In this document: piece after piece, positions 26,343 through 42,690 of the stretch
How positions within the stretch are numbered: position 1 is the first letter of the stretch
Layout of the letters: every line of letters begins with the position of its first letter
Assembly (NCBI RefSeq): GCF_009914755.1
Contig: NC_060930.1
Length of the DNA stretch: 64,000 bases
From: the human T2T-CHM13v2.0 reference genome, Homo sapiens
Reading direction: 5' to 3' (one strand)
The notes under the pieces: generated by a model
Databases searched by the model: none
What the model saw: only the letters and a program-made list of their open reading frames with translations
What the model was told of the DNA's origin: nothing
Position numbers and translations under genes: made by a program

Positions 26343-27014
26343 AGAAATTATTTTTAGAAAATAAGGAGAGATGCTCTTGAAAATTTATGTATAAGAAGAG
26401 TTATCTTAAGAGGACATGTTAAAAAATTCATTAATATTGTACTACTCAAATAAGTTATATTCATAAAAATTATAAAGCATTTAAACCTATAATTTAGAAA
26501 ATAAATTTATCACACTAGACAACATTCTTATGATAATATGTAAAAATATATTAATAATTAATTGAGATGCTTTCAATTTTGGACAAGTAAATGGGGCTTA
26601 TATTTTATGTAATTTTAATATATAAAATCGATCGATGTTCGTTACATTTAAGTGGCAGGATTATTCAACTGTTTTTCTTTATTTTTTTTTCCTTTGATGT
26701 AGAGGAATTATTTATAGTGAGGCATGTTATTTTATAGTCAGAAACACTTCTTTTAAACAAAATTAGCATATATTTGCATGTGATGCTGATAAACTGAACA
26801 AAATATGTGACATTACTTAAAATAGAATTTTGAGATGGAGAGGGTGCTGCTCATGGAAAAGTGGTTCTGACAGAATCGATGAACTGTCATCCGTGTGCGC
26901 ACCTGCGGCAACTCTGCTGGAGGCTTTTAGCTGAATCCCAGCGGTGACCTTCAAAGTTGTTTTTAGGTATTTGCATTAAAATTTTGAGAAAAACGTTCCT
27001 TTGTTTTTACAATA

Positions 27015-29690
<2,676 letters not shown>

Positions 29691-31084
29691 TTCACAGTGT
29701 TCTTTTGTCAGCATGGTACACAAAGATGTACTTACATATAAAGTGTTCTAATTTTTCATATAAATTGTAAATAAATGTGGCAAATGTTCACAGTTCTTAA
29801 ATTAAGGACAAAAGCAAAGATTATATAATTAAGTTCATCTTTTGTTCATGTTTATATATTTATATTTTATATATGCATAGTAATTTCTTTTTGAGGTTTG
29901 TCTTAAATGAGTAAAAAGTGTTTACATGAGTGAAGTGTGGGTTCTGTACACGTCTATATGACTAATGTTCAAATTGTATGAATACCCATACATATATAAG
30001 TTATTTATAGTGTGAATATATGCATTGTATCATGAAATATGAATAAGTTTATAATCCATGCTATAAAATGATACAAATTGTATTACTACTTTATAGCATT
30101 AATGTACACAAATATATTTAATTTACCAAAAATATAAGGTAAAAGTAAATAATATTTTTGTGAATTTTGAAACATTGTGGTGTGAGAAGCACTAGTTTGC
30201 TATTGTGGTTAAGGCACATTTTTATATTAGAATATATTGAGTTTAAAAATAGTACAGAATGTTTAACATATTAGCAGTAATTTCTAGGAAAAACCTTTAT
30301 GAAGTTTAGTATAAATAGAATATAAAAAATAATTTTAAAATGATGTGATCAGTCATCAAAAGCATCTGATATATAAACAATAAAAACACAATCTTAAACT
30401 GTTATAATTTACTTGGCTTGCAAATATTTTATAATATAATATGTATACATATATTATACATCAAAATTTATTTTTGATGATATGCTTTTAGTAACTTATT
30501 CCTATGACAAATTTGGCAAGTAAAAATCAAAATTATTATCTAATTCCATTAACATGCAAAACATATCACAAAATTAGTGAAAACCTAATTTGAATAAGCC
30601 CACATTTAAATGAGAATTGCTAGGTCATACTAATCAATTAATCAACCTCTCAATCTAGAATGTATTGAACAAATGAGCCTCAGCAATACTGCTTAATACT
30701 TATGGTCCATTAAGCAAGACCAGGTGAATGAGGCAATCAAAATATTTTAATAGTGTATCCGATCAGGAGATAGTAGAATACTAAATGATCTGGTGGTTAT
30801 TTTTAACAATATGTTGTGCTCTTGAGAAGTAAATGAATCTTGGAGGATTGTCAGCTGGAATCCAAACTCAATGTATCATTTTAAACAGTCACTTAATTTC
30901 TTGATTGTTTTAACCTGAATAAATTTAAGACTGTAGCAATTTTAGACAATTATCCAAATCTAATGTCTATGGTCATTTCATTCCATGAAGATGAAGTATT
31001 ATGTATAGCAATGCTTTTTTCAAAGAAAAATGAATTATACATTAGAAATTATATGATCACTTATAATAAGGTATTAAACAATGA

Positions 31085-31930
31085 GAAATTTACTGTAAAG
31101 ATGGCCTAGCATTCTAAAAAATGCCAATAAATATTTGTCAAACACTCTTCTAGTTGCTCATTTTTAGGGATGATCAAAACAGACCTGAAACCAGATGATG
31201 AGACGGGCTGGAGCAAAGGAAGGGAGCTCCTTTAATTAGGGTAATCACAGAAGGCATTTTTGAGGAAGTAATAGTTCTGTTGACATATAGGAAATAAGCA
31301 GGAATGCAATGAAAAGAGCCATATGAAAAGCCTTTTAGTCTGAAAGAATAAGAAATGCAAACGATCTTTATGAGCATGGAGCTAGGGATGTCAAAGTGTA
31401 AAAATAAACCAGAAGCTGGAAAGATAGGCCAAATACAGAAAATATAGAGTTTTCTGGGATGTGGTCAGAAGTTTAGATGTCATGCTAAGGACACTGACAT
31501 GCCAGTAGGTTAAAAATATTATCTGATTTAAATATACACTAAAAATATTCTGACTTGCTGTGTGGAGATTGAAGAGTAGAAGCAAGAGTAGAAGCACTGA
31601 GACCAACTATGAAAGGTTTTACATTGTCTCCATTGAGAGATCTTGGTAACCTTTACTGAGGATGTCACAGCTGAATTAGATAATAGTGGATAAGTTCAGT
31701 TTATATTTTTAAATAGAATAAACTAGATCTGGGGGCTATGTGTGTGGTAGTTGAGTAAGAGAAAGGAATTAAACAAGTATCTTAATATTTTCCTTTAGTA
31801 ATTAGGTAAATTGAAAATACTAAGAGAAGATAAATGAACATTAGATAGTATGGGGGATAGTTATAAAGCAGAAAGTGTTTTATTTCTGACTTTTGTATTT
31901 AATTCATCTCTTAAACATACCCTGATAGGG
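31085..31930 (-). mobile_element. L2 fragment(s)
   Basis: GGGTAATCACAGAAGGCATTTTTGAGGAAGTAAT and TTCTGACTTGCTGTGTGGAGATTGAAGAG...GAAGCACTGAGACCAACTATGAAAG L2-like blocks. Confidence 0.55.
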
Positions 31931-32204
31931 ATACATAAGACCAACTTCTAAATAAGTCAATTACAGGAAAAAAAATTTAGTTATTGGCATGCAGATGGTA
32001 TGAAGCATATTTGATGCTAACATTTTTTCTTTACCTCCCTGGTTTTGTGATACCTCACTGAGGTAAGAATGTGTTTTTTGAATGTATGATTTTGGTTTTG
32101 GATATGTGAGTTTCTTCAGCAAAACAAAAACAAAACATGAGTAGAGATGACAATGTACCAGTTGTAAGCTGAGGCTTTATTAGACATCAAATATTTTCAC
32201 TCAT

Positions 32205-32400
32205 TGGGATTTTGCCATTTGTCATGAGAAGAGCATACTCTGGGTACCTGTTGATCCTGAAATGAAAAACACATGAATCAGACTTCAACCTAGTCCCAGG
32301 CCTAAGTCTTTACTCTAGCCACTCAAGATTTGTGAGAAAGACAAATCGTTACAGTTCTAAATCACCAAACTTCAGATGTCTCACCAGAAATACTGTTAAA
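32205..32400 (+). mobile_element. Possible old MLT1 (H/I/J-like) LTR 3' fragment
   Basis: GTCATGAGAAGAGCATACTCTGGGTAC...CACATGAATCAGAC...GTGAGAAAGACAAAT; strongly diverged. Confidence 0.35.
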
Positions 32401-33312
32401 TATGTGTCATATAAACAATGAATTCTAAATAAAATCATCTAGCCTAGAATGGAGAAAAAAATTAAAGAGGAATAAGGAGTAGGGCAATCTATCTTTTGTG
32501 GTCGGGTAGAGAAGAGAAAAGGGTAGAAAAATCTTGCAAAATACCAAGGATCCAAAATGAAAACAAAGCAAGTGAACAGTGATAGAAATCAAGATAACTT
32601 TTTTTTCCAAAAAGTAAAATAAGACAACTTCAGAATGCTAATGAGAGGTGGAGAAAAATGAAGACAGAGAAGTTATTTCTTTATTATGATCTCAGCAAGC
32701 CTTAATTTACATAGAAGATATATCTTCCAAATTTTGCATGATTTGAAGCACATAAAATATTTTAGGGGGCTCATAATCTTCAAGTAGGTTTATATGGCAT
32801 TTAAATCAAGAAACAGTAAAGCTGTAATCATTTCTGGAGATGTTTAGACATATAAGCACACATACATATATTTGGATGGTAGGCATTTGCCAATACAGGA
32901 AACATGGTTCATGCTGCCAGATTTGACAAAGATTAAAACAATGGTTCCAAATAAACCGGAATGTTGATTTTCAGTAGAGGAAAAATAGAGAAAATTGGTG
33001 ATTGGTAAAACCATACAGAATAGTTCACAACCTAAATTATCTTGGTGATTAAAATATAGTAGAGTGTTTGCCAAGTCTGCTTGTAAAGATGCTGGAGTAT
33101 TAGCAGCTGAAAAGAAAAGATAACATTTTCTTCTACTGAGTTTAGAGAAACTTTTTTTCAGACTAAGAAATGTAGCTTTCAAGTATTAAGAAATATACCA
33201 TGAGATTTACAATATTTTTTTCCTTCATTTGTGAAGCACTAGACAAATCTTTGTTTACATCTGTTTCTGAATTCCAGTGAAATGAAATAGCACAGAAGTC
33301 AAAAACAATAAT

Positions 33313-33675
33313 TGTATTAGTCTGCTCTCATGCTGCTGATAAAGACATGCAAGACTGGGTAATTTATAAAGAAAAATAGGTTTAATGGACTCACAGTTCC
33401 ATATGGTTGGGGAATTCTCACAATCATGGTGGGAGGCAAAAGGTACATCTTACATGGCGGCAGGCAAGAGAGAATGAGAACCAAGAGAAAGAGGAAATCC
33501 CTTAAAAAACCATCAGATCTCATGAGGCTTATTCACTACCATGAGAACAGTATGGGGAAAACTGCCCCCATGATTCAATTATCTTGCACTGGGTCCCTCC
33601 CACAACACATGGGAATTATGGGAGCTACAATTCAAGATGAGATTTGAGGGGGAGGCATAAAGGCAAACCATATCA
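33313..33675 (-). mobile_element. THE1 (B/C-like) solo LTR
   Basis: TGTATTAGTC...AAACCATATCA termini, 363 bp, flanked by a perfect 5-bp TSD ATAAT (33308-33312 and 33676-33680). Confidence 0.95.
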
Positions 33676-33997
33676 ATAATTGTATCTTTCTTCCTCTCAT
33701 CTATAAGCCTCCATATTGATGTGATATAATCCTATAGCCTTGGGAAAACCTCTCTGCAAAACTATTTTTTTAAACTTTTTATAGGCTCAGATTTTTGCAT
33801 TTTTATCCTTATTGTTTACATCAAAAAGACTACTTGCGATTTTTAATGACTGTGATTTTATTTTTAAAAGTATCACCAAATCCAGAAAAAGAAATATTGG
33901 AAAAAAAAATTCACTCTTCATTAGGTACATTTTTACCATGTACCTACCATGCACTAGACACTCTGCTAGGTAGTGAGGGTAACACTGTGATGATAAA

Positions 33998-36234
33998 TGA
34001 TAATATGGCTTGAACCCAGTGGGTGGTAATTGAAACATGAGGGCATGTTTTTCTCATGATAGTGAATAAGCCTCATGAGATTTGATAGTTTATAAAGAAA
34101 AATTCCTTGCACATGCTCTCCTGCCTGTCACCATGTAAGATGTCCCTTTGCTCTTCCTTCGTCTTCCACCATGATTGTGAGGTCTCCCCAGCATGCGGAA
34201 CTGTGAGTCCATTAAGCCTCTTTTCTTTATAAATTACTCAGTCTTGAGTATGTCTTTATTAGCAGGATGAGAATGAACTAATATAGTAAATTGGCACCAG
34301 TAGAGTGGGGTGCTGCTGTAAAGATACCCAAAAATATGGAAGTGACTTTGGAACTGGGTAACATGCAGAGGTTGGAACAGTTTGGAGGGTTCAGAGGAAG
34401 ACAGAAAGATGTGGGAAGAGTTGGAACTTCTCAGAGACTTGTGGAATGGTTTTGACCAAAATGCTGACAGTGATATGGACAATAAAGTACAGGTTGAGGT
34501 GCTTTGAGATGGAGATGAGGAACCTGTTGGAAACTGGAATAAAGGTGACTCTTGCTATATTTTAGCAAAGACACTGGTGACGTTTTAACCCTACCCTAGA
34601 GATTTGTAGAACTTTGAACTTGAGAGAGATGATTTAGGGTATCTGGCAGAAGAAACTTCTAAGCAGCAAAGTGTTCAAGAAGTGACTTGGGTACTGTAAA
34701 ATCATTCAATTTTATGTATTCACAAAGATATGGTTTGGAATTGGAACTTATATTTAAAAGGCAAGTAGAGCATAAAAGTTCATAAACTTTGCAGCCCAAT
34801 GATGCAATGGAAAAGAATAACCCATTTTCTGAGGAGAAACTCAAGTTGGTTGCAGAAATTTGCCTAAGTAATGAGGAGCCAAATGTTAATCACCAAGACA
34901 ATGGGGAAAATGCCTTCAGGGCATGTCAGAGGTCTTCATAGCAGCCCCTCCCATCACATGCCCAGAGGCCTAGGAGGAAAAAATGGTTTTGTGTTCCAGG
35001 CCTAGGGCCATGCTGCTTTGCGCAGTCTTGGGACTTGATGCCCTATGTCCCAGGTGTGGCTAAAAGGGGGCAACATAGAGCTCAGGCCATTGCTTCAGAG
35101 GGTGCAAGCTGCAAGCCTTAGAGGCTTACACATGGTTTTGGGCCTGCAGGTGCATAAAAGTCAAGAATTGAGATTTGCATAGATTTCAAAGGATGTATGG
35201 AAACACCTGGATATCTGGGCAGAAGTTTGCTGCAGGGGCAGGGCCCTCATGGAGAACCTCTGCTAGGTCAGTGTGGAAGGGAAATGTGGAGTTGGAGCCC
35301 CCACACAGAGTGCCCACTGGGGCACTGCCTAGTGGAGATGTGAGAAAAGGGCCACTGTCCTCTAGACCCAAGAATGGTAGATCCACTGACAGCTTGCACC
35401 ATGCACCTAGAAAAGACAAGACACAAAATGCCAGCCCATGAAAGCAGCTTGGAGGGGGGCTGTACCCTGCAAAGCCACAGAGGCAGAGCTGCCTGAGGCC
35501 ATCGGAACCCACCTCTTGCATCAGGGTGACCTAGATGGAAGAAATGGAGTCAAAGGAGATCATTACGAAGCTTTAAGTTTTGGCTGCCCTGCTGGATTTC
35601 AGACTTGCATGAGACCTGTAGCCCTTCCTTTTGGCCAATTTCTCCCATTTGAAATGGGTATATTTACCTAATGCCTGTACCCCCATTATACCTAGGAAGT
35701 AACTAACTTGCTTTTGATTTTTCAGCATTATAGGTGGAAGGGACTTGCCTTGTCTCAGATGAGACTTTGGACTTGGACTTTTGGGTTAAGGCTAAAATGA
35801 ATTAAGACTTTGGGGAACTGTTAGAAGACATGATTGATTTTGAAACTTGAGTGCATGAGATTTTGCAGGGGCCAGAGGCAGACTGATATGGTTTGGCTAT
35901 GTCCTGACCCAAATCTCACCTTGAAATGTAATAATCCCCATGTGTCTTGGGAGGTACAGAGTGGGAGGCAATTGAATCATGGGGGTGGGATTTTCCGCTG
36001 TCCTTGTGATAGTGAATAAGTCTCATGAGAACTGATGGTTTTATAAAGGGGAGTCCCCTGCACATGCTCTCTTGCCTGCCATCATGTAAGACATCCCTTC
36101 GCTTTTCCTTCATCTTCTGCCATGATTGTGAGGCCTCCCAGCATGTGGAACTGTGAGTCCATTAAACCTCTTTCCTTTATAAATTACTCAGTCTCAGTAT
36201 GTCTTTATTAGTAGCATGAGACCAGATTAATACA
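33998..36234 (+). mobile_element. THE1 (C/D-like) MaLR provirus: LTR-int-LTR
   Basis: 5' LTR ~33998-34285 (deleted near its start); internal region 34286-35883 beginning GTAAATTGGCACCAGTAGAGTGGGG; 3' LTR 35884-36234 (TGATATGGTTTGG...TAATACA). Inserted into an L2 relic. Confidence 0.95.
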
Positions 36235-36639
36235 AAAGAACACAGAATTTGGCCTCATTTAACCAAAGTAAAACAGAATCAAACGGAAATATAACCATGA
36301 AAGTTTTACAAGGATGCATATATAGTGCTAAGGAATATGATATGCATAATTGGCCTACTTTGTGAAGTCACAGGATCTTTGCTCAGGAATCAACAATGAT
36401 TGAGTTACAGAGAAAAATCTGAATTAGATACATGGGATAGCAGAGAAAAGTGGATTTGTCAGGAACGAGAAGATATCACAGTAAGAAGAAACATGGTGGC
36501 ACCAGCTTAAAGAACTAAAAACGGTCAGTTTGTCTGGATAACAAAACATAACAGAAAACACGTGAAATAAGGATGAAGAAGAAGTAAGAGTCAGGGTACA
36601 CAGCAACTCACAACAGAACAGCTAAACGGAAGTGATTAA

Positions 36640-37330
36640 GAGTACAGACCTAAGGACGACATCAACAATGATGGTAAGAATTCCAAAATTCAGTCCCTCT
36701 ACAAAAGCAATGATAAATTTAACAAAACCTGTCAGAATCAACTGTTTTAAAGCTCTGGACCTCTAATCAAAACCTCACAATAAATAGGGGAATGTATGAT
36801 GATGAAAGAAACTGCCGACCAGCCTGACCAACATGGCAAAATCCCATCTCTACTAAACACAAAAAATTAGCTGGGCGTGGTGGTAGGCGTCTGTAATCCC
36901 AACTACTCAGGAGGCTTAAGCAGGAGAATCACTTGAACCCAGGTGGCGGAGTTTGCAGTGAGCCGAGATCATGCCATTGCACTCCAGCCTGGGCAACAGA
37001 ATGAGACTCCATCTCCAATAACAACAACAAGAACAAGAACAACAACAACAACAGAAACTGCCAAATATTAACAAGAGAACATATGACATTTTAACTTACC
37101 TTCTATCATCTTCCAGTCTCTAACTTAGTGCTATTTGTGGAGATAAGTGGTCTATATTCCTAGTGTGTCTAGCTTGTGCCAGAGGAGGCAAAAATGACTG
37201 TTTTCAAAGACATATGATGTGTGTTGATATGTTTGGTGGGTTGCTGAGGGATTGGATCTGAAGTTTGCCTTTATTGAGAATATTGCCTAGAAGTATTCTC
37301 AGTCTAAGAACAGCACCTTATATCACATTT
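36640..37330 (+). mobile_element. Old L1M 5'-region fragment
   Basis: CTACAAAAGCAATGA...TGTCAGAATCAACTGTTTTAAAGCTCTGGA...CTAATCAAAACCTCACAA...CATTTTAACTTACC resembles L1M/L1MD 5' ends. Confidence 0.55.
36817..37052 (+). mobile_element. AluS, 5'-truncated, with (AAC)n tail
   Basis: Begins GACCAGCCTGACCAACATGG; perfect 10-bp TSD AGAAACTGCC (36807-36816 and 37053-37062). Confidence 0.95.
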
Positions 37331-37399
37331 GGCAAAAGCATTTATAGCAAAGTACACTACCACAGTAGTCTAGGACAATGGATACCATCCAGGTCAAGT

Positions 37400-37688
37400 A
37401 GCAGACAGATGAAAAAGCCTCGGAAAGAAGAGACTGGGGAAGGAAATTGGCAGGCTGCTTTTCAGGGTCCCTCCACTGTGGTACCAGTTGGTCCACCACA
37501 TATAAGACTGTACTCAACCTGGGCAGCTTTCCTGTCTTGGAGTACCAGCTCACAATGGATACTAGGCTCTGATCTCCCTTGCTGCATATCTGTAAGTAAT
37601 ACATTCACTTAAGGTAACTTGTACACGAGTGTCCTGTCTCACTAGACTCAGACAAGTTGGTAACCAGTGCACAATGAAGTTGCTTGAC
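37400..37688 (+). mobile_element. ERVL LTR 3' portion (MER54/MER74/MER88-like)
   Basis: Ends GTGTCCTGTCTCACTAGACTCAGACAAGTTGGTAACCAGTGCACAATGAAGTTGCTTGACA, the recalled terminus of this LTR group. Confidence 0.65.
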
Positions 37689-39085
37689 AAGATGACTTGA
37701 GTAACACTACAAACCAGACCTAACAGACATGCACAGGATAGTCCATCCAACAACAGCAAAATACCAACAACAAAATACAAATTCTTATTAAGTTCACATG
37801 GAACATCCTCTATGTATTAGGCCACAGCAGTCTCAAAATATTAAAAAAATTGAAGTCATACAAACTATCTTTAGGGATCACAATGAAATAAGTATAGATA
37901 AAAGGAACAAAAAAGTAGAGTTCATAAATATGTGAAAATTAAATGACACACTCTTAACCAATCAGTCAAAGCAGCAATCACAAAGTAAATTCTAAATAAA
38001 AAAATATGTTGAGACAAATGAAAAAGATATACAGTATGCCAAAACTTACAGACTGCGGTAAAGGAGTACTTGGAAGAAATTTCTATCAATAAGTACCTAC
38101 ATTATAAAAGAAGAAATATCTCAAATCAACAACCTAATGTTACACCTTAAGGAATCAGAAAAATAGCAAACTAAACATGAAACTGAAAGGAAGAAAATAA
38201 TAAAGATTAGAGTGGAGATAAATGAAATCAAGAAATGAAATACGATAGAGAGAATCAACAAAACTAAAAGTTGGTTCTTTGAATTGACAAACCTTTAGCT
38301 AGATTGACTAAAAAAAACAGCAGGAGAGAATACTCAAATCACTAAAATTAGAAATGAAATTGCAGATGGGGACATTACTGCTATTTTAACAGAAATAAAA
38401 GGATAAAAGGATTTATAAGAATACTAAGGAATACTTAGTTCTATGCCAATAATTTATATAACCAAAACAAACTGGACAAATTCTTGAAAAAATACAAACT
38501 ACCAAAAATGAGTCAGGAAGAAATGCAAAATCTGTCCGGACTTACCATAGGTAAAGTGATTGAATTCGTAGTCAAAACCTCCCCAAAAAGAAAACACAAG
38601 ACGAGATGGCCACACTGACAAATTCTATGAACATTTAAAGAAAGTTTTTCAGATAATATCAGAAATTTTCAGATAATATCAATTTTTCTCAAATAGAAGA
38701 TGAAAGAATACTTTCTAGCTCATTCTGTGAGGAAAGTGTTACCCTTAATACCAAAGTCAAACAAAAGGAACAAAAATTATACACCAATATATCTTATGGA
38801 TATAGTTAGAAAACTTTTCAATATATGTATAATATATAGAAAAATACAGAGAATTGAAATATAATAATCAACAAAACTAAGTCTAAAAACTTTTACAAGA
38901 AAACTAAAAACTAATTATAATGTATTGAAAATATTTGAATCTATAATATAATATATAATTATAATTATATAGTATAGCAAATATAAAGCAGCATATTAAA
39001 AATGGTAAAAACATTGTATACCCTCACCAAGGGGGATGTATCCCAGAAATGCAAGGAGTTTCAACATAGAAAACCAATCCACATA

Positions 39086-39413
<328 letters not shown>

Positions 39414-40604
39414 TTAATTGAAAGAGACCAAAAAACTACATGATCAACTCAATTGATGAAGAAAAAAATAAGATTTGCAAAAATCCAATGCACTTTTGTA
39501 ATAAAAACACTCAAGAAACTACGAATACAAGGGAACTTCTTTAACATGATAAAGAGCATTTGTGAAAACCCACAAATATATTATATTCAATAACAAAAGA
39601 TGGAAAGTTTTACCTTTAATATCAGGAACTAGACAGAGAAATCTGTTTTTACCACTACACTGGAAGTTTAAGACAGAAAACTATGCAAGAAAAACAAAGA
39701 TATCTCTATTAGAAATAAAAATTAAATCTATTTATATTTAAAGACTTCATGATGTTATATATAGGAAATTCTTAAGAATAGTAAAAAAATCTATTAGCAT
39801 TAATATGCAAATTCAACATGGTTGTAGAATACATATCAACACACTAAAATCAATTGTGTACGTATATACCAGCCATAAACAAATTTTTAAAAATTAAAAT
39901 CTCAATTCCATTGCAAGAACATATAAAACATTTAAATATTTAGAAATAAACTTAATCAATGAATAAACTAACCAAGAAGGTGTAAGGCTCTTACACTCTA
40001 AACTGCAGAATATTACTGAAAAAAAATTAAAAAACTAAATAAATGAAAATACATCCTGTGCTCATAATGGACTCATTAACTCAACAAAAAGACAAGCAAC
40101 CAATTTAAAAATGGACAAGGGACTTGAACGGACATTTCTCTAAAGAAAATAGTAAACAAATACATAAAAATATACCCAATATCAATTGTCAATACGGAAA
40201 TCCAAATCAAAGCCACAGTGAGATCCACTTCATCCTGAGTAGAACAACAACAACCATAAAAACCTGAGAAAAAACAAGTATCATTGAGGCTGTGGAAACA
40301 TTATGACCTTCATATATTGTTTATAGAAGTATGAAATAGCGAGACCGCTGTGGAAAAGAATGTTAGTTCCTAAATAAGTTAAAAATAGAATTACTGTATG
40401 ACCCAAGAATTTTATTCCTTGGTATAAACTCAAAAGAGTTAATAGTAGTTGTTCAAATCAATACTTTTATACAAATTTAGTAGTGCTCTTCACAGTAGTC
40501 AAAAGGTAGAAACGCAGTCATCCAAATATCCATCGGATGATAAATAGACAAAATGTGGCATAACAAACAATGGAATATTATTCAGTTATAAAAGCAAAAT
40601 AAGT

Positions 40605-40826
40605 GGCCTAGTGCAGTGGCTCACGCCTGTAATCCCAGCACTTTGGGAGGCCGAGGCCTGTGGATCACCTGAGATCGGGAGTGAGAGACCAGCCTGATCA
40701 AAATAGAGAATCCCATCTCTACTAAATATACAAAATTAGCTGGGTGTGGTGGTGCATGTCTGTAATCCCAGCTACTCGGGAGGCTGAGGGGAAAAACAAC
40801 AACAACAACCAAAAAAAAAAAAAAAC
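40605..40826 (+). mobile_element. AluSp-like, missing most of the right arm but with an A-rich tail
   Basis: TCGGGAG, CCTGA(T)CAA..TAGAGAA, TACAAAATTAGC and GCATG diagnostics; the sequence jumps from GGCTGAGG to an (AAC)/A tail. Confidence 0.9.
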
Positions 40827-41019
40827 AAGAAGTACTGATACATGTTGCAACATGAAAGAATTTCGAATGTGAATATGACATATTTTCTGAATTATTCCAC
40901 AATATATGACATGTCCAGAGTATGCAAATTCAGAGATGGAAAGAAGTTTAATGATTACAAGGGGCTGAGAAGTAACAGTTAATTGGGTATGAGTTTTCTT
41001 TGTGAGGTGATAAAACAGA

Positions 41020-41760
41020 AGACACCAGTTTATGTCTATTAGGAGGGCTATTATTTAAAAATACACATATAAGAACATGAAATAATTAGAATTATCTGCA
41101 CTGCTTGTGGAAGTATAAAACGATAAAGCCACTGTAGAAAATGATATGGCAGTTCCTCAGAATATTAAGACATAAAATTGATGTATGATCATATTGATAT
41201 ATGATCAAGCAATTCTACTTCTAGGTATAAATAAACGAATTGAAAGCAGGAACTCAAACAGGTATCTTAACACTAATGTTTATAGGAGCATTATTAATAA
41301 TAGACAAAAGCTTAAATATCTGAAATATCCATACATTGATGAATGAATAAACAAAATGTGGTATAGCCATAAAATGGAATATTATTCAATCTTAAAAAAT
41401 GAAATTATGATACATGATACAGCATAAATGAACTTAGACAACATTATGCTAATTGAAATAAGCCAGACAAAAAAAGGACAGATATTGTTTGATTCTACTT
41501 ATATAATGTATAAATTGAAATTCATAGAGACAGAAAATAGAAGAGTGGTTACCAGAGGCTGTGGGAAGGGGGAAATAGGCGACTATTGTTTAGTGGGTAG
41601 GGAGTTTCAGTTTGGGATGATTAAAAAGTTCTAGTAAGGAATAAGGATGATGGTCACATAACAACGTGAATATATTTAATACTACTGAATTATATGTTTT
41701 AAAATGGGTTAAAATGTTAAGTTTGATGTTACATATATTTTAACACAATTTTCAAAAATA
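41020..41760 (+). mobile_element. L1MB-type 3' fragment
   Basis: GCCACTGTAGAAAA, TTGAAAGCAGGAACTCAAACAG, AGAAGAGTGGTTACCAGAGGCTG, GAGTTTCAGTTTGGGATGA, ending CACAATTTTCAAAAA. Confidence 0.85.
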
Positions 41761-41799
41761 GATGCATCCATAAAAAGTCTATAGCTAGCGCAGTCTATG

Positions 41800-42690
41800 T
41801 GGAAACAAGGATATCCACTTTCTCCATTTCCATGCAACATCGTACTGGAGGTTTTTAAATGGTGAAATAAGACAAGGAAAATACAGAAAAAGCACTCAGA
41901 TTGAAAAGGAAAAAATAAAAGTATTGACTAATGACATAATTGTCTATGTGGAATATCCTACTAAATCTATTAAAAATACTGAAACTATTACATGTGTTCC
42001 ACATGGTTATAATATTTCAGTAACATTAAATATATAGTAAATCTGACAAAAATATGCAAGACCTACACATTTAAAACTTCAAAAGACTGTTGACAGAAAT
42101 TAAAGAATATCTAAATAAATAGATATATTGTGGTCATGGATCATTAATAATACTTTTCCTCTTTTACACTATTGGCTTTTCTCTAACAATTTGATCCTAA
42201 CAGCTTTTAATCATGGTGAAAACCCTACCATTTGAATCAATACTTTCAGATATTAATTCTCCACAAATTGATCTACAGATTAAGTATAGTCCCAGTGAAA
42301 ATCCTAGCAGGTATTTTATAGAAATAGGCAAGATGGTTTTATAAATCATGTGAAAATGCTACGAAAAAAATAGTAATACAATTGGAGTTCTAACACTCTC
42401 TGACTTCGAGACTTGTTATAATGCTGTAGTAATCACAAGAGTGGTGGTATTGGTAAGAGAGAAAGACACACTTGTTAATGACACAGAATACAGAATCTAC
42501 AAATAATCTAGTTACATGGTCAATTAATTTTGACAACAGTGTAAAGGCGATTCAGTGGGAAAGAGCATTTTATCAAATGATGCTGGGAGAATCAGATTGT
42601 TGTTTCAAAAAAAGAAAGAGCCAGTCTTAATCCATACCTTGCAAGATATACAAAAATTAAGACAAAATGGATTATAGACCTAAAAGTAAC
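41800..42690 (+). mobile_element. Old L1M ORF2 fragment
   Basis: CAACATCGTACTGGAGGT, CAAATTGATCTACAGATT, CAAATGATGCTGGGA, CAAAATGGATTATAGACCTAAA. Confidence 0.75.

Noticed and set aside
34178-34200. PRDM9 hotspot motif position in the THE1 LTRs
   Set aside because: None of the three LTRs carries CCTCCCTNNCCAC (seen: TCTCCCCAGCATG, CCTCCCAGCATG, TTCCCCAACCAT).
35175-35671. ORFs in the THE1 internal region
   Set aside because: Short fragments of the decayed MaLR internal sequence; no intact long ORF.
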